IMG/VR virus record: IMGVR_UViG_3300047311_000725
Strand: one strand, 5' to 3'
Origin: a virus
Length of the DNA: 64,000 nucleotides
Each line of letters opens with the position of its first letter. Within the stretch, counting starts at the first letter, position 1. The notes under the pieces were generated by a model. That model did not search any database. It was not told where the DNA came from and saw only the letters and a program-made list of their open reading frames with translations. The position numbers and the translations under genes are program-made. Shown here piece by piece: positions 25,820 to 35,286 of this stretch.

Positions 25820-28800
25820 TTACTTCTGCTTCTTGAATGGGAACTTCTTCTTCGGATCGACCAGGCTGTAGGGAGAGGGAGTGACCTTCAGGGCCTTCAG
25901 CTCGGGGATGATCTCGTAACGACCGGTCCTGGATGCTACACGTACCCCCTTCCGTCCCGAGGTCACTTCGAACTGGGGGACGGGCGGATTGAGCTTGGAG
26001 AGACCGAACGGGTCCTCGTCTCCAAGAAGATAGAAGTCGTTGCCGAACTGCATGTACGGGGCGTTCTTGTACTTGTAGTGGGCGGCCACCAGCTGCTGCA
26101 CGTCCCCCGCCCCGACGTTCAGGTAGATGTAGCGGTTGCCCTTGCCTGCCGACTTCTTGTTGTCGATGAAGGCGTTGATCTCGTCCGGGGTCACGGCGTT
26201 CGGACTACGCTTCATGATGTCGGCGGGCTTCCCCTGCGACGGCATGGAGAGGACCTTGGGCACCGGAAGACCCTGCTCCTTGCGGCTCTTGGCCACGAAG
26301 GCGTGCAGTTCCTTCAGGAACTTCTGGGCGTCGGGGTTCGTCTCCAGGTCCTTGGCGATCCCGGCCGTGAAGCCGGTCTGCTCGCCCGATCCCTGCCACT
26401 TCCCGTCCACCAGCTTCATGCGGGCCGAGACGAGGTTGGCGCCGCCGGCCTCGGTGTACTTGGCCTCGATGTAGGCGCTCTTCCCGCCGATGGTCACCTC
26501 GACGTCCGCCTTCTTCGGATCGTTGCCACCGACGGCCTTGGCGTCGATGCCCTGGCTCTGGAGGGACTTGGCCACCAGGTGCTCGAACTGGTTGGAGGCG
26601 CGGTCAGACGTCTTGGCCTGAGTCTTCTCAAGGAGCCGCATGATCTCTTCCCCGATGGCCTTGGCCGTGTCGACACCCTTCAGCTTGTCGGACCAGAGCT
26701 CGAACTCTTCCGGCGCTTCCTGGTAGGCCGCGACGTCCTCGTCGGTGAACATGTTCTGCGGGCTGGACCAGCCGGAGCTTCCCGCCCTGAGACCTGCCTG
26801 AGTTCCGCCGGGGCCGCTTCCCGGGGTCATGGTGATGCCGATCTCGGAGATGATGGTCTCCATGATCTTCTCGAGCACGGGCGGTTCGCCGCCGTTGGTA
26901 CGGCCGCCCGGGTCAGAGAGCACGTACTCCCCGCCACGCTTCATGATGTTGTCGCCCTTGTAGTCGGCGAACATGATGTTGGCCTGCTTGAGCTCCGCCA
27001 TCATCTGGTCGATCTGGTACTTCTTCAGACCGCGCTCGATGTAGTCGATCTTCTGGTCGATCATCCGCTGGATCCGCTCGCGGTTCTTGGCGCCGGCAGA
27101 CACCAGGTCGCGAGAGAGCTCGTCACGGATCTTCTTCATGACCGTGTCGTAGTCCACGATGTGGGGCGCCCCGCCCGTGACTTCGGAGGAGCGGAGGTCA
27201 TCGACCAGGTCATCGACCTCGGTCTTCTCGGCCGGAGACAGGGGGTGTAGCTTCTCCCGGATGATTCCGTAGAGGGGCTTGTCGGGGTTTCGACGGTCGA
27301 TCATCCGGAAGACGTCATCGATCTTGACGACGTGCGGAAGGGTCTTTCCCTTGAGGGCGAGGCAGGACTTCGCCTCGTTGGGAGAGGTCGTCGCCTTGAA
27401 GACCTTGTTGTTGCCCATGTCGTAGGCCACGCCGACCTGTCCCGCTCCGAGGCGATGGAGCTGGTCGGCGTTGATGCCCTTGGCACGGAGCTTCTCCCCG
27501 TTGTTCTTGATGACGGCCATGATGGCGTTCTCGCCACCGAAGTCGGCGATGTCTTCCCGGAGCGGACCCTCGTTCTTGGCCAGCTCGTCCTTCAGATCCT
27601 TGTAGATGGACTCGAAGGTCGCCTGGTTCGAGGTGACATGCGGGTCGAGCATGCTCTTGACGGCGTTCCGGTCGTCCTTGGCCAGAGCCTGACGTAGACG
27701 GGTGCCGCTGATCCGGTCGGTGTCGTCGTCGTTCTTGACGCCCGGAAGCATCTTGACGACGGCCAGATCGGGATCGAAGTTGCTGTCTGCCGCCTTCCCC
27801 TGGGCCTTGTACTCCTTGGACCGGTCGATCTGCTGCTTCATCTGCTCGAAACGGTCGGGTCCGACCAGGATCTCGCAGGCCGTGTCGCCCTTCAGGGCGC
27901 TGCCCTTCCCGGCCACGTCGGAGAGGATGCCCGGGACGAAGCCGCTGTTCTTGCCGCCCGAGGTCGCCTTGTAGACCTCCAGCTTCCTCCAGACGTCCGG
28001 GAGGGACGCCTTCATGAGCTTGAGCCGGGTCTCGTAGGAGAACGGGTTCTTCTTGTCCGGCGTGTTGCCGGCCACCAGGACGATGGTCTTGGTGTGGGTA
28101 TTGGCGAGCTTCCGAATCACTTCGGCGTGACCCCGGTGGAACGGCTGGTAACGTCCTATGGTCACGCCCACCGTGTCAGCCTGGGCCTCCTCGATGTTTC
28201 GAGCGTACTTGTCGACCGTGCCGTCCTCGGTGTGATTCACGAGGCCGCCGTCTACGCCGACGTACTCCTGCTTGTCGTCCGTGTAGTCCGGCTTGCTCCG
28301 CTCTTCCAGGTCGTCGGCACGTCCCACCGGACCCTGGCCCTTGAGGCGCTGGGTACCGGAGAACTCCCGCATCAGGGTGTGGACGATCCGCTCGAGGACA
28401 GGGGGAGCCGCGCCCGGGCTCTGGCTGAGACCGAGGTCGATGACGACGTAGTCGTTGCCCCGCATCATCAGGTTCCCCTCGTGGTAGTCGAGGAACTCGA
28501 TACGCTGGCCCGCCAGCTCCTTGATGATCTCCGGAAGCTGGAACTCCTTCATCTGGGAGTCCATCAGCTTCTGGACGTCCTTGTCCTTGATGTGGAGCCG
28601 GACCTGGTCCATCACCTTGCCGTAGTCGCCCGAGAGGATGGCCTCGCCAGCCTTGCAGGCCTGCAGCAGGTCCGTCACCAGCTCGAACTCCTTCTTGTCG
28701 TAGGCCGACATCTGGGCGAGCTTTTCCTCGACGATGCCATAGAACTCCGACCCAGGGAGCTGGAAGACGTCGAAGATGTGGACCACGTGCTTGAGCTTCT

Positions 28801-31800
28801 TGTCCTTCAGATGGTTGGAGGACTTGGCTTCAAGGATGTCGTCCGTCACCTTCAGGACCCGACCTGCTCCGATGTCGAAGGCGATGCCGTGCGCCCCGTG
28901 TCCGAGCGGCTTGAGCGGTCCCTTCACGATCCCCTTCTTCTTGAGGAGAGGGAGCACGTCCCGGACCACGTCCATCATGGGACGGTCCTTCTGGGCCTTC
29001 TTACCGGCCTGAGCGGCCTTGAGGGCGGCCAGCCTGTTCGGCGGACCTTCGTCGAGGTACGGGACCTTGTTCTCCAGGACGGGCGGTTCCTTCCCGCCGG
29101 CGACCTTGGAGTAGCCGATGTCGATGAGAACGTAGACCCCGCCCTGGCGGACCATGATGTTGCCCGCGTGGTAGTCGTGGAACTTGATCCCCTTCGAGTT
29201 CAGCTCCTGCACCATCTCGTCGATATGCACCTTCTTCGTGATGATGTCCCACTGGACGTTCATCTTCTTGGCGTAGGCGATGGCGTACTTGTTGTCGATC
29301 TCGTCCGTCTTCCAGGTCGGGTACTTCTCGGCGATCTTCTTGAAAACGCCCTCCTGGCAGGCTTCCTTGGTCTTGTCCCAGTTGTAGCCCGAACGGTAGA
29401 TCGTCTCCTGAAGGTTGAAAGCGAGGATGGCGCGGTTCAGATCAGCCGCCTCTCCGCTGGCGTCCAGACCGCTGGGGTCCTTGCCCATGCCCGGGAACGG
29501 GGCGAGCTTCTCCTGGAGGATGCCGTAAACGGCGCCGACCAGTTCCTCGTCCTCACGGAAGCGGAAGACGTCCGAGAAGCGGGCGACGTGCTTCAGGTTG
29601 ACGTCCATCAGCTTGTAGGAAGCGACCGCCTCCTGCTCGTCGTTGGTGATCTTGAGGACCTTCCCTCCGACGTCGAACGCGACTCCACGTGTTCCCTTCC
29701 CGAGCGGGTGGGCCCCACGGACGTTGATCCCCCGCTTCGCCAGCTGGGGGATGTTCTTCTTGAGGATCTGCTGGGCCATCTCGGTCGTGACGCCGGTGGT
29801 GGCCTTGGGCGCGCCCTTGGTCTTGGTCTGGGCGACGCTGGTCTTGTCGAACCCCGAGGTCGGCTTCTGGCCGGTCTGCGGCTGGGTGGCCCCGTACGAA
29901 TCCACTCCGGGTGCTTCACGCATGACGGATTCCTCGGCCTCTTCCTCGCCGCCGCCCTGGAGCCTCTCCAGACGGTGCTGGCCGAGGAAGAGCTTCATGA
30001 TGGCTACCTTCTTGGTCAGGTCGCCCTTGAGCCCACCGATCGCCTCGGCGGCCTTCTGGAGCTCGTCCAGCGACTGGTGGGCCTGCTGGAAGTCCGTGTC
30101 CGTCCGCTGCATCACGAGCGGGTCCATCTTCCGGGTCTGCCCCTTGAGCTGGACGGTCGGCCCCTTCTTCTTCTCGGCGGCCCACTCGGCCTCGAGCTGC
30201 TTCATCTCGTTCTGAGCCTTGGTGATCTCGGCCTTGAAGGTCGCGACCGGGTCCTTTCCGCCGAAGGCCTTGTTCTTCTTCACCCACTGTCCGAGCAGGT
30301 AGTCGTTCTTCTTCTCGGGGGTGTCGGCTTCCTTCGGGTACTCTGTCTCGGAGTTCAGGGAAGAGAGCTGCCGGCCGAAGGCGGTGCTGGCCGCCTCAGG
30401 CTTCCCGATGACGTCGGTGGCCACCCGCTTCCTGAAGTCGGAGATGACGCCGTTCCGCCAGATGTTGTCGACCTTGGTCCCCTTGCCGATGAGACCGCGG
30501 TACTTCCAGTTGAACTGGTTGAGCTTCGTGAAGAGGTCCTTGTCGACGAGCTTGGTGAGCGCGCCGTTCTCCAGGTCACGGAAGACGATGCCTTCCACGT
30601 CCCCGCCTTCGGGACCGTAGGAGGACTTCTGCTTCCGGAGCTGTCCGACCAGCTTCTCCTTGACCGCCTTCTGGATCGCCGAGAAGCGCTCCATGGCCGC
30701 CTTGTACGGGCCCTTGCCCGCCGCCTTCAGCTTGTCCGGCTCGAGCTTCTTCAGCTCCTGGTAGATCTGTCCGAGGGAGGTGAACTCCTCCTTGACGTCC
30801 ACCATCACGTCTTCCGGGCTGATGACCCGCTTGTACTCGAACTTCCACGGGTCCTTGCCGTCCGTGAGCTGGCCGCCCGACTTCTTGATGAGGTCGTTGG
30901 CCACCTTCTTGGAGGCCTCGTCGGACAGGACCGCGTCGCCCTTGTGGACGCCGTGGATCATGATGACGTTCGGACCGTACTCGATGGAGTTCGGGATCTT
31001 GGTGTACAGGACCTCGGCCGTGAAGACGGTGTTCGGCGGGATGTTCTGTCCCACCGGCTTGGACTCGAGCGCCTTGTGGGCGTTCTTGAGAGCCGCGAAC
31101 ATCGGCTTGTCCGGCCACTCCTTCGAAGACTTCTTCGGAGTCCCGTTCTTGCTCTTGGTCCAGAGCTTTCCGTTCTCGGCACCGAACTCCATGCGGGCGG
31201 AGCCGTCCACCTTCTCGGAGACCTCGAGCCCGCCCTTGAGCGGCAGGTCCTTGTACTTCGCCAGGAACTGCAGGAACTCCTGGGGCTTCATGTCCTCGAG
31301 GTGAGAGATGCCGCCGCCCTCGTCGAGCTTGGCCGCCTTCAGCTGGCCCGGATCCGTCGACCACCAGATCTTGTCGATCCGGGTCTCGTGGGTGCCGGGG
31401 TTGAGCGCCTTGGCCGAACCCTTGGTCGCGGCGTCCGAACGCCCGCGGAGGATCGCCATGATGTTGCCCTTCCGTTCCGCAGTGGCCGCGGTGGTGGCAT
31501 AGACCATGGCCAGCTTCGGATTGGCGGACCAGTAGCCCTTCTTGTCGACCTTGCTGATCACCGCCGAGCCGTTCGGCTGGGACGGATTGCCGCCGAGCTT
31601 GGCGAGCTCCTGGGGAGTGAGACCACGGAGACCGCGGAAGACGACGCCCTCGGGCTCGTTCGCTTCACCGAGCTCCGACGGCTCGTCGTGCTTGGCTCCC
31701 TTGAGGAAGCCCTTCAGGTAGCCCTTGACCTTCTCCAGCTTCTTCGGATCCATGGTGGACTTGGCCTTGGCCCACACCTGCTCGAACGGCGCAGCCAGGT

Positions 31801-32725
31801 CCTTCACGGACCACGGCGTGCCGGTGCCCTTGGAGATGAGCTTGGCCACTTCCTCGGGATCACTGATGCTGGTGGCGTCCACACGGTCCGACTTGAACTC
31901 TTCCTCGCCCTTCTTGTTCTTGACCTTCCGACCGACCTTCTGGAAGACTCCCTTGGCCGGGCTGATGGACCAGAACTTGACCGAGCCGTCCGGCTGCGGT
32001 TCCTCGGTGGCGTACCGGAGGAGACCGAGGACGAGACCTGTGCGGGGAAGCGCCTTGTACTTAGACTCGCTCTCGCCAGGTCCATAATAGGAGAACTGGG
32101 TCCACGCCTCCGGACCGACCATCAGGTCGACCTGGGCGGAGAGCTTGGTGGGCTTGCCATCAGGGGTGTACTGCGGGAACTTGGAGTTGATCTCGCCCAG
32201 TCCCTTGGCGACCTTGTGCTCGATCCCCAGCTTCTTCAGGATGGCCGAGATCTCTTCGAGGGACAGTTCGGTGTCCAGGCCGAGGTCGATGTCCCCGCTG
32301 GACGCCTTCTTGCCGGTGGAACCCACGGGCTTCACGGACTTGTGCTTGACCTTGGAGAGGACCTGCTTCTTGTAGGCCTCGATCGTCGGTCCGACGTTCT
32401 CACGGGGGACACGGTCGGTCCCCATGGCGTTGCCGCCTTCGGTGAGATCGCTCTGGTCGGAGTAGGTGACGGTCGGCTCCTGTGCGGCGCCGGCATCGTC
32501 GGGGATGGGGGACTTGGCCAAGGGTGCCTCGCCTTCCTTCATGAAGGGGAACCGCTGCTCTTCGTCGTCCTCGAGACCGTCCGGCACCGGGTACCCGGGC
32601 TTGCCCGCACCACCGCCATGCCGGTTGTCGCCGGTCCCGCCGGCTGCACGCCCTGAGTAGTTTGGTTGAGACGCCCCGTAGATTGATCGGAGCGACTCTC
32701 GGATGATGTCGTCGAGCCGGGACAA
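25820..32725 (-). CDS. 2301-aa multidomain protein: ligase/capping-enzyme-like nucleotidyltransferase region + three tandem protein-kinase-like domains + HxGH (cytidylyltransferase-fold) nucleotidyltransferase domain
   Basis: KxDG motif SEKVDGSAR (~nt 31205-31225), later EGIVFR; three repeats each with Gly-loop/VxK (LGKGTRGVAFDVGGKVLK; LGHGAHGIAFDIGAGRVLK; LGAGQVGVAYDMGNNKVFK), catalytic D-x4-N (HDYHAGNIM; LDYHEGNLM; ADYKGDNIM) and DxG (DIG; DLG; DPG); TIGRYQPFHRGH HxGH motif (~nt 28130-28165). Confidence 0.85.
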   Translation of the reverse strand: MSRLDDIIRESLRSIYGASQPNYSGRAAGGTGDNRHGGGAGKPGYPVPDGLEDDEEQRFPFMKEGEAPLAKSPIPDDAGAAQEPTVTYSDQSDLTEGGNAMGTDRVPRENVGPTIEAYKKQVLSKVKHKSVKPVGSTGKKASSGDIDLGLDTELSLEEISAILKKLGIEHKVAKGLGEINSKFPQYTPDGKPTKLSAQVDLMVGPEAWTQFSYYGPGESESKYKALPRTGLVLGLLRYATEEPQPDGSVKFWSISPAKGVFQKVGRKVKNKKGEEEFKSDRVDATSISDPEEVAKLISKGTGTPWSVKDLAAPFEQVWAKAKSTMDPKKLEKVKGYLKGFLKGAKHDEPSELGEANEPEGVVFRGLRGLTPQELAKLGGNPSQPNGSAVISKVDKKGYWSANPKLAMVYATTAATAERKGNIMAILRGRSDAATKGSAKALNPGTHETRIDKIWWSTDPGQLKAAKLDEGGGISHLEDMKPQEFLQFLAKYKDLPLKGGLEVSEKVDGSARMEFGAENGKLWTKSKNGTPKKSSKEWPDKPMFAALKNAHKALESKPVGQNIPPNTVFTAEVLYTKIPNSIEYGPNVIMIHGVHKGDAVLSDEASKKVANDLIKKSGGQLTDGKDPWKFEYKRVISPEDVMVDVKEEFTSLGQIYQELKKLEPDKLKAAGKGPYKAAMERFSAIQKAVKEKLVGQLRKQKSSYGPEGGDVEGIVFRDLENGALTKLVDKDLFTKLNQFNWKYRGLIGKGTKVDNIWRNGVISDFRKRVATDVIGKPEAASTAFGRQLSSLNSETEYPKEADTPEKKNDYLLGQWVKKNKAFGGKDPVATFKAEITKAQNEMKQLEAEWAAEKKKGPTVQLKGQTRKMDPLVMQRTDTDFQQAHQSLDELQKAAEAIGGLKGDLTKKVAIMKLFLGQHRLERLQGGGEEEAEESVMREAPGVDSYGATQPQTGQKPTSGFDKTSVAQTKTKGAPKATTGVTTEMAQQILKKNIPQLAKRGINVRGAHPLGKGTRGVAFDVGGKVLKITNDEQEAVASYKLMDVNLKHVARFSDVFRFREDEELVGAVYGILQEKLAPFPGMGKDPSGLDASGEAADLNRAILAFNLQETIYRSGYNWDKTKEACQEGVFKKIAEKYPTWKTDEIDNKYAIAYAKKMNVQWDIITKKVHIDEMVQELNSKGIKFHDYHAGNIMVRQGGVYVLIDIGYSKVAGGKEPPVLENKVPYLDEGPPNRLAALKAAQAGKKAQKDRPMMDVVRDVLPLLKKKGIVKGPLKPLGHGAHGIAFDIGAGRVLKVTDDILEAKSSNHLKDKKLKHVVHIFDVFQLPGSEFYGIVEEKLAQMSAYDKKEFELVTDLLQACKAGEAILSGDYGKVMDQVRLHIKDKDVQKLMDSQMKEFQLPEIIKELAGQRIEFLDYHEGNLMMRGNDYVVIDLGLSQSPGAAPPVLERIVHTLMREFSGTQRLKGQGPVGRADDLEERSKPDYTDDKQEYVGVDGGLVNHTEDGTVDKYARNIEEAQADTVGVTIGRYQPFHRGHAEVIRKLANTHTKTIVLVAGNTPDKKNPFSYETRLKLMKASLPDVWRKLEVYKATSGGKNSGFVPGILSDVAGKGSALKGDTACEILVGPDRFEQMKQQIDRSKEYKAQGKAADSNFDPDLAVVKMLPGVKNDDDTDRISGTRLRQALAKDDRNAVKSMLDPHVTSNQATFESIYKDLKDELAKNEGPLREDIADFGGENAIMAVIKNNGEKLRAKGINADQLHRLGAGQVGVAYDMGNNKVFKATTSPNEAKSCLALKGKTLPHVVKIDDVFRMIDRRNPDKPLYGIIREKLHPLSPAEKTEVDDLVDDLRSSEVTGGAPHIVDYDTVMKKIRDELSRDLVSAGAKNRERIQRMIDQKIDYIERGLKKYQIDQMMAELKQANIMFADYKGDNIMKRGGEYVLSDPGGRTNGGEPPVLEKIMETIISEIGITMTPGSGPGGTQAGLRAGSSGWSSPQNMFTDEDVAAYQEAPEEFELWSDKLKGVDTAKAIGEEIMRLLEKTQAKTSDRASNQFEHLVAKSLQSQGIDAKAVGGNDPKKADVEVTIGGKSAYIEAKYTEAGGANLVSARMKLVDGKWQGSGEQTGFTAGIAKDLETNPDAQKFLKELHAFVAKSRKEQGLPVPKVLSMPSQGKPADIMKRSPNAVTPDEINAFIDNKKSAGKGNRYIYLNVGAGDVQQLVAAHYKYKNAPYMQFGNDFYLLGDEDPFGLSKLNPPVPQFEVTSGRKGVRVASRTGRYEIIPELKALKVTPSPYSLVDPKKKFPFKKQK

Positions 32726-32737
32726 GGAAGACCCTCC

Positions 32738-33133
32738 TTAGACCCGCGTCTTCTTGATTTCGGCGAGGACCTCGTCGATCTTCCTGGAGAGCTCTTCGGA
32801 GCTGGAGACGTTGTCCTTGCTCATGTCACGGAGAGCCTCGGCCATCTTCAGCTGGTTCTCCAGGGAGGAGCGGGGTGTGTAGACCATGGGGATGCCGTCG
32901 TTGTCCCGGATGCTGACGATCTCGTCCGTGTGCTTGGACTGCTCGTAGGTCTCCCGGATCATGCGCGACGGCTCGTCACCGAGCTCCACCTTTGTCGCGC
33001 CGTCCTTGCCGCCGCTGACCCTCTTGGTCACCCAGTCGAAGCACTTCTCGAGGACCTTGACGAGGACCAGGGCGATGGCCATGGCGGACGTAAACAACGC
33101 GTGGTCTGATGCGTTCATGGATCCGGGCTCCAT
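32738..33133 (-). CDS. small membrane protein (one N-terminal TM helix)
   Basis: ALFTSAMAIALVLVKVL hydrophobic segment followed by charged coiled region; 131 aa. Confidence 0.5.
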   Translation of the reverse strand: MEPGSMNASDHALFTSAMAIALVLVKVLEKCFDWVTKRVSGGKDGATKVELGDEPSRMIRETYEQSKHTDEIVSIRDNDGIPMVYTPRSSLENQLKMAEALRDMSKDNVSSSEELSRKIDEVLAEIKKTRV

Positions 33134-33499
33134 CTACTTCTTGAAGAGAGCGCCGCCGCCGTAGCCACCACCGGCCGGCGCGGACTCCTTCTCCATCGGT
33201 GCGGGCGGAAGCTTGACCTTCGCCAGCTCGCTCTTGAGCTGCTCGACGGCGGCTGCCACCTTGTCGAGAGCCGTGCCGAACCGGGGGTTCGTACGGGGCA
33301 CCTCGTGGTGGTGCGAGAAGTCCTGGAGCGCCTTGACGTGTGCCGAGGTCTCCGTGATGAACTCCCCGACTTCCTTGAGGTAGTCCTCGGGGTCGTGCAT
33401 CTTCTCGACGTCCAGGTCTTCCTTCAGGAGCTTGCCGTTGAGGCGCTCCTCTTGACCGAGCTGGAAGTCCTGCCATGCCTTGAACGGATCGTAGCTCAT
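33134..33499 (-). CDS. hypothetical protein (121 aa)
   Basis: ORF, ATGA overlap with upstream gene. Confidence 0.5.
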   Translation of the reverse strand: MSYDPFKAWQDFQLGQEERLNGKLLKEDLDVEKMHDPEDYLKEVGEFITETSAHVKALQDFSHHHEVPRTNPRFGTALDKVAAAVEQLKSELAKVKLPPAPMEKESAPAGGGYGGGALFKK

Positions 33500-34101
33500 G
33501 ATGCCTTCTTCCCGAAGACCCGGTTCAGGAACCCGGGCTTCTTCTGTGCCGGCATCTGGGCCGTCGGCCTGTTGGCCTCCGGTCCCTTGCCCTGAGTGCC
33601 GGACTGTTGCGACGCCTCTCCGGCTGCCCGGCTGAGCTCGTCGGCGAACTTGTTGAGCATCTTGAGGGGAAAGTCCATCTTGCCGAACGCCGCCTTCTGT
33701 GTGTCGTCGAGCTTGGTGGACTGCTTGTAGGTGCTGGCGAAGTGCTGGATCTGACCGGCGTCCTTCTTCACGTCACCGATGAACTTCTCGACGCCCTGGA
33801 CGAACTTGGCCGGGTCCCTGAGGAGGGCCATGTCGACCGTCTCGGTCATGTCGTCGTGGACGTTGTTGTCCTGGTACTCGTCGTTCCAGCAGGGGCTCGG
33901 AACGCAGTCGACCTTGGAGGGAGTCCCCGGCCCGTCGTGCTTCTCACCCTTCTTCTCGAAGACCTTCTTCATCTCGGGCATGTTCTCTGACTCCTTCTTG
34001 TCGGGGAGCTTCCCCTTCGGCGTTTCCTTCTCCCAGCGCTTCGCGATCTTCGGATGCTGGGAGTACATGAAGCGCCGCTGCGCCTGGCTCTTGAACGGCA
34101 T
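33496..34101 (-). CDS. hypothetical protein (201 aa, Lys-rich)
   Basis: ORF with protein-like composition. Confidence 0.5.
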   Translation of the reverse strand: MPFKSQAQRRFMYSQHPKIAKRWEKETPKGKLPDKKESENMPEMKKVFEKKGEKHDGPGTPSKVDCVPSPCWNDEYQDNNVHDDMTETVDMALLRDPAKFVQGVEKFIGDVKKDAGQIQHFASTYKQSTKLDDTQKAAFGKMDFPLKMLNKFADELSRAAGEASQQSGTQGKGPEANRPTAQMPAQKKPGFLNRVFGKKAS

Positions 34102-34104
34102 CGG

Positions 34105-34623
34105 CTAGATCTCGTTGTGCAGACCCTTGAAATAGTACTTCACCTGGCCACTCTTCGTGACCAGGATCTTCAGGGGGTCCGGCATCTGGTCGAACTGGAT
34201 GACGATCTCCATGGCGCCGGGCATCATCTTCGACTTCGGGTTGGCCGAGATGGACTGGATGGTCTTGCCGACCAGCTCGTCGGACACCTTCTCGGTGTCT
34301 TCCGGACCGGCCTCGTCGTCCTCTTCCTCGTCCGGGGCGCCCTCGTCGCCGACGGCCTGCTTCTCCAGGTCGTTGTCGGCCGGCTCGTCGCCGATGGGCT
34401 TCTCTTCGTCATCACCCGCCGGGGCCGCGTCCTGCTTGCCATGCGGCTTTCCCGCGGTGTTGTCGGGCTGCTTCTCGGAGGCCGAGGACATGTCGTCTTC
34501 GGTGCCACCTTCGGCGTCTTCCAGGTCGGGATGCTCCCCTTCCTTCTCCCGAAGCAGACCACCGACGTGGCGAGCGAGCTCCTCGCGGATGATCTTTTCC
34601 AGCTGCGCCTTCTTCATCTTCAT
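34105..34623 (-). CDS. hypothetical acidic protein (172 aa)
   Basis: Long Asp/Glu-rich low-complexity middle, structured termini. Confidence 0.5.
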   Translation of the reverse strand: MKMKKAQLEKIIREELARHVGGLLREKEGEHPDLEDAEGGTEDDMSSASEKQPDNTAGKPHGKQDAAPAGDDEEKPIGDEPADNDLEKQAVGDEGAPDEEEDDEAGPEDTEKVSDELVGKTIQSISANPKSKMMPGAMEIVIQFDQMPDPLKILVTKSGQVKYYFKGLHNEI

Positions 34624-34686
34624 TGGATCGTCTCCATCTGAGCGTAGATCTACAGATTAAGTAAGGAGACTCTCCGTCTTTGGACC

Positions 34687-35286
34687 CTAATCGAGCTTTT
34701 CCTGACGTGCCGACCAGTAGTCCGCCGTGTGGAGCAGGAACGCCAGTTCCGGTTCTCGCCCCCTGTAGGGCTTGTTCTCGTCTACGTACTGGCCATCGTT
34801 CAGACGGATTGCCAAATATTCGTCACTGGTTACCTTGATTTCGTGGTCCTGGAGGATGTACAGGCCACGTTCGGAGGTGGGCATCCACGGGCAGGCCTTG
34901 TTGATCTCGTAGAGACGGCCCCGGTTCCGCTGCCACGCGTCCTGGTTCGGGAGGTAAGATTCCTTTTCCCCGTCCCCGACCTTCCCGAGGTCGTGGAAGA
35001 GACCGACGAAGGCGAGCTGGTGGTCGGGGTATCTTCCCTTGCAGAGGGCGTCCGCGACCTTCTTCAGGTTCCGGACCACGTTGAGAGAGTGTTGGGCGAG
35101 ACCGCCCGGGTAGCAGGAGTGGTACTCCTCGTGGCTGGAGGCCGGAGCCGTGAAGTAGGTCAGTCCGACCGGCCCGTCCATCATCTTCAGGACCTGGTCT
35201 CGCCGGTCGTCCGGCATCAGCTCGATCAGCTTCTCTACCCGCTCGTGGTTCTTGAGGAGTTCCTCTTCAGTCGGTCGCGTCGCCAT
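34687..35286 (-). CDS. HD-domain phosphohydrolase
   Basis: H..(HSLNV), LFHDLGK, LLHTADY residues fit H...HD...H...D metal-binding pattern; 199 aa. Confidence 0.7.
   Translation of the reverse strand: MATRPTEEELLKNHERVEKLIELMPDDRRDQVLKMMDGPVGLTYFTAPASSHEEYHSCYPGGLAQHSLNVVRNLKKVADALCKGRYPDHQLAFVGLFHDLGKVGDGEKESYLPNQDAWQRNRGRLYEINKACPWMPTSERGLYILQDHEIKVTSDEYLAIRLNDGQYVDENKPYRGREPELAFLLHTADYWSARQEKLD

Noticed and set aside
28094-32656. 1520-aa plus-strand ORF (and other long plus ORFs such as 5225..7276, 22264..24228, 36706..38649)
   Set aside because: Arg/Gly/Leu/Asp/Val-dominated low-complexity translations. They are antisense to well-supported minus-strand genes; long stop-free antisense frames are expected in GC-rich DNA.
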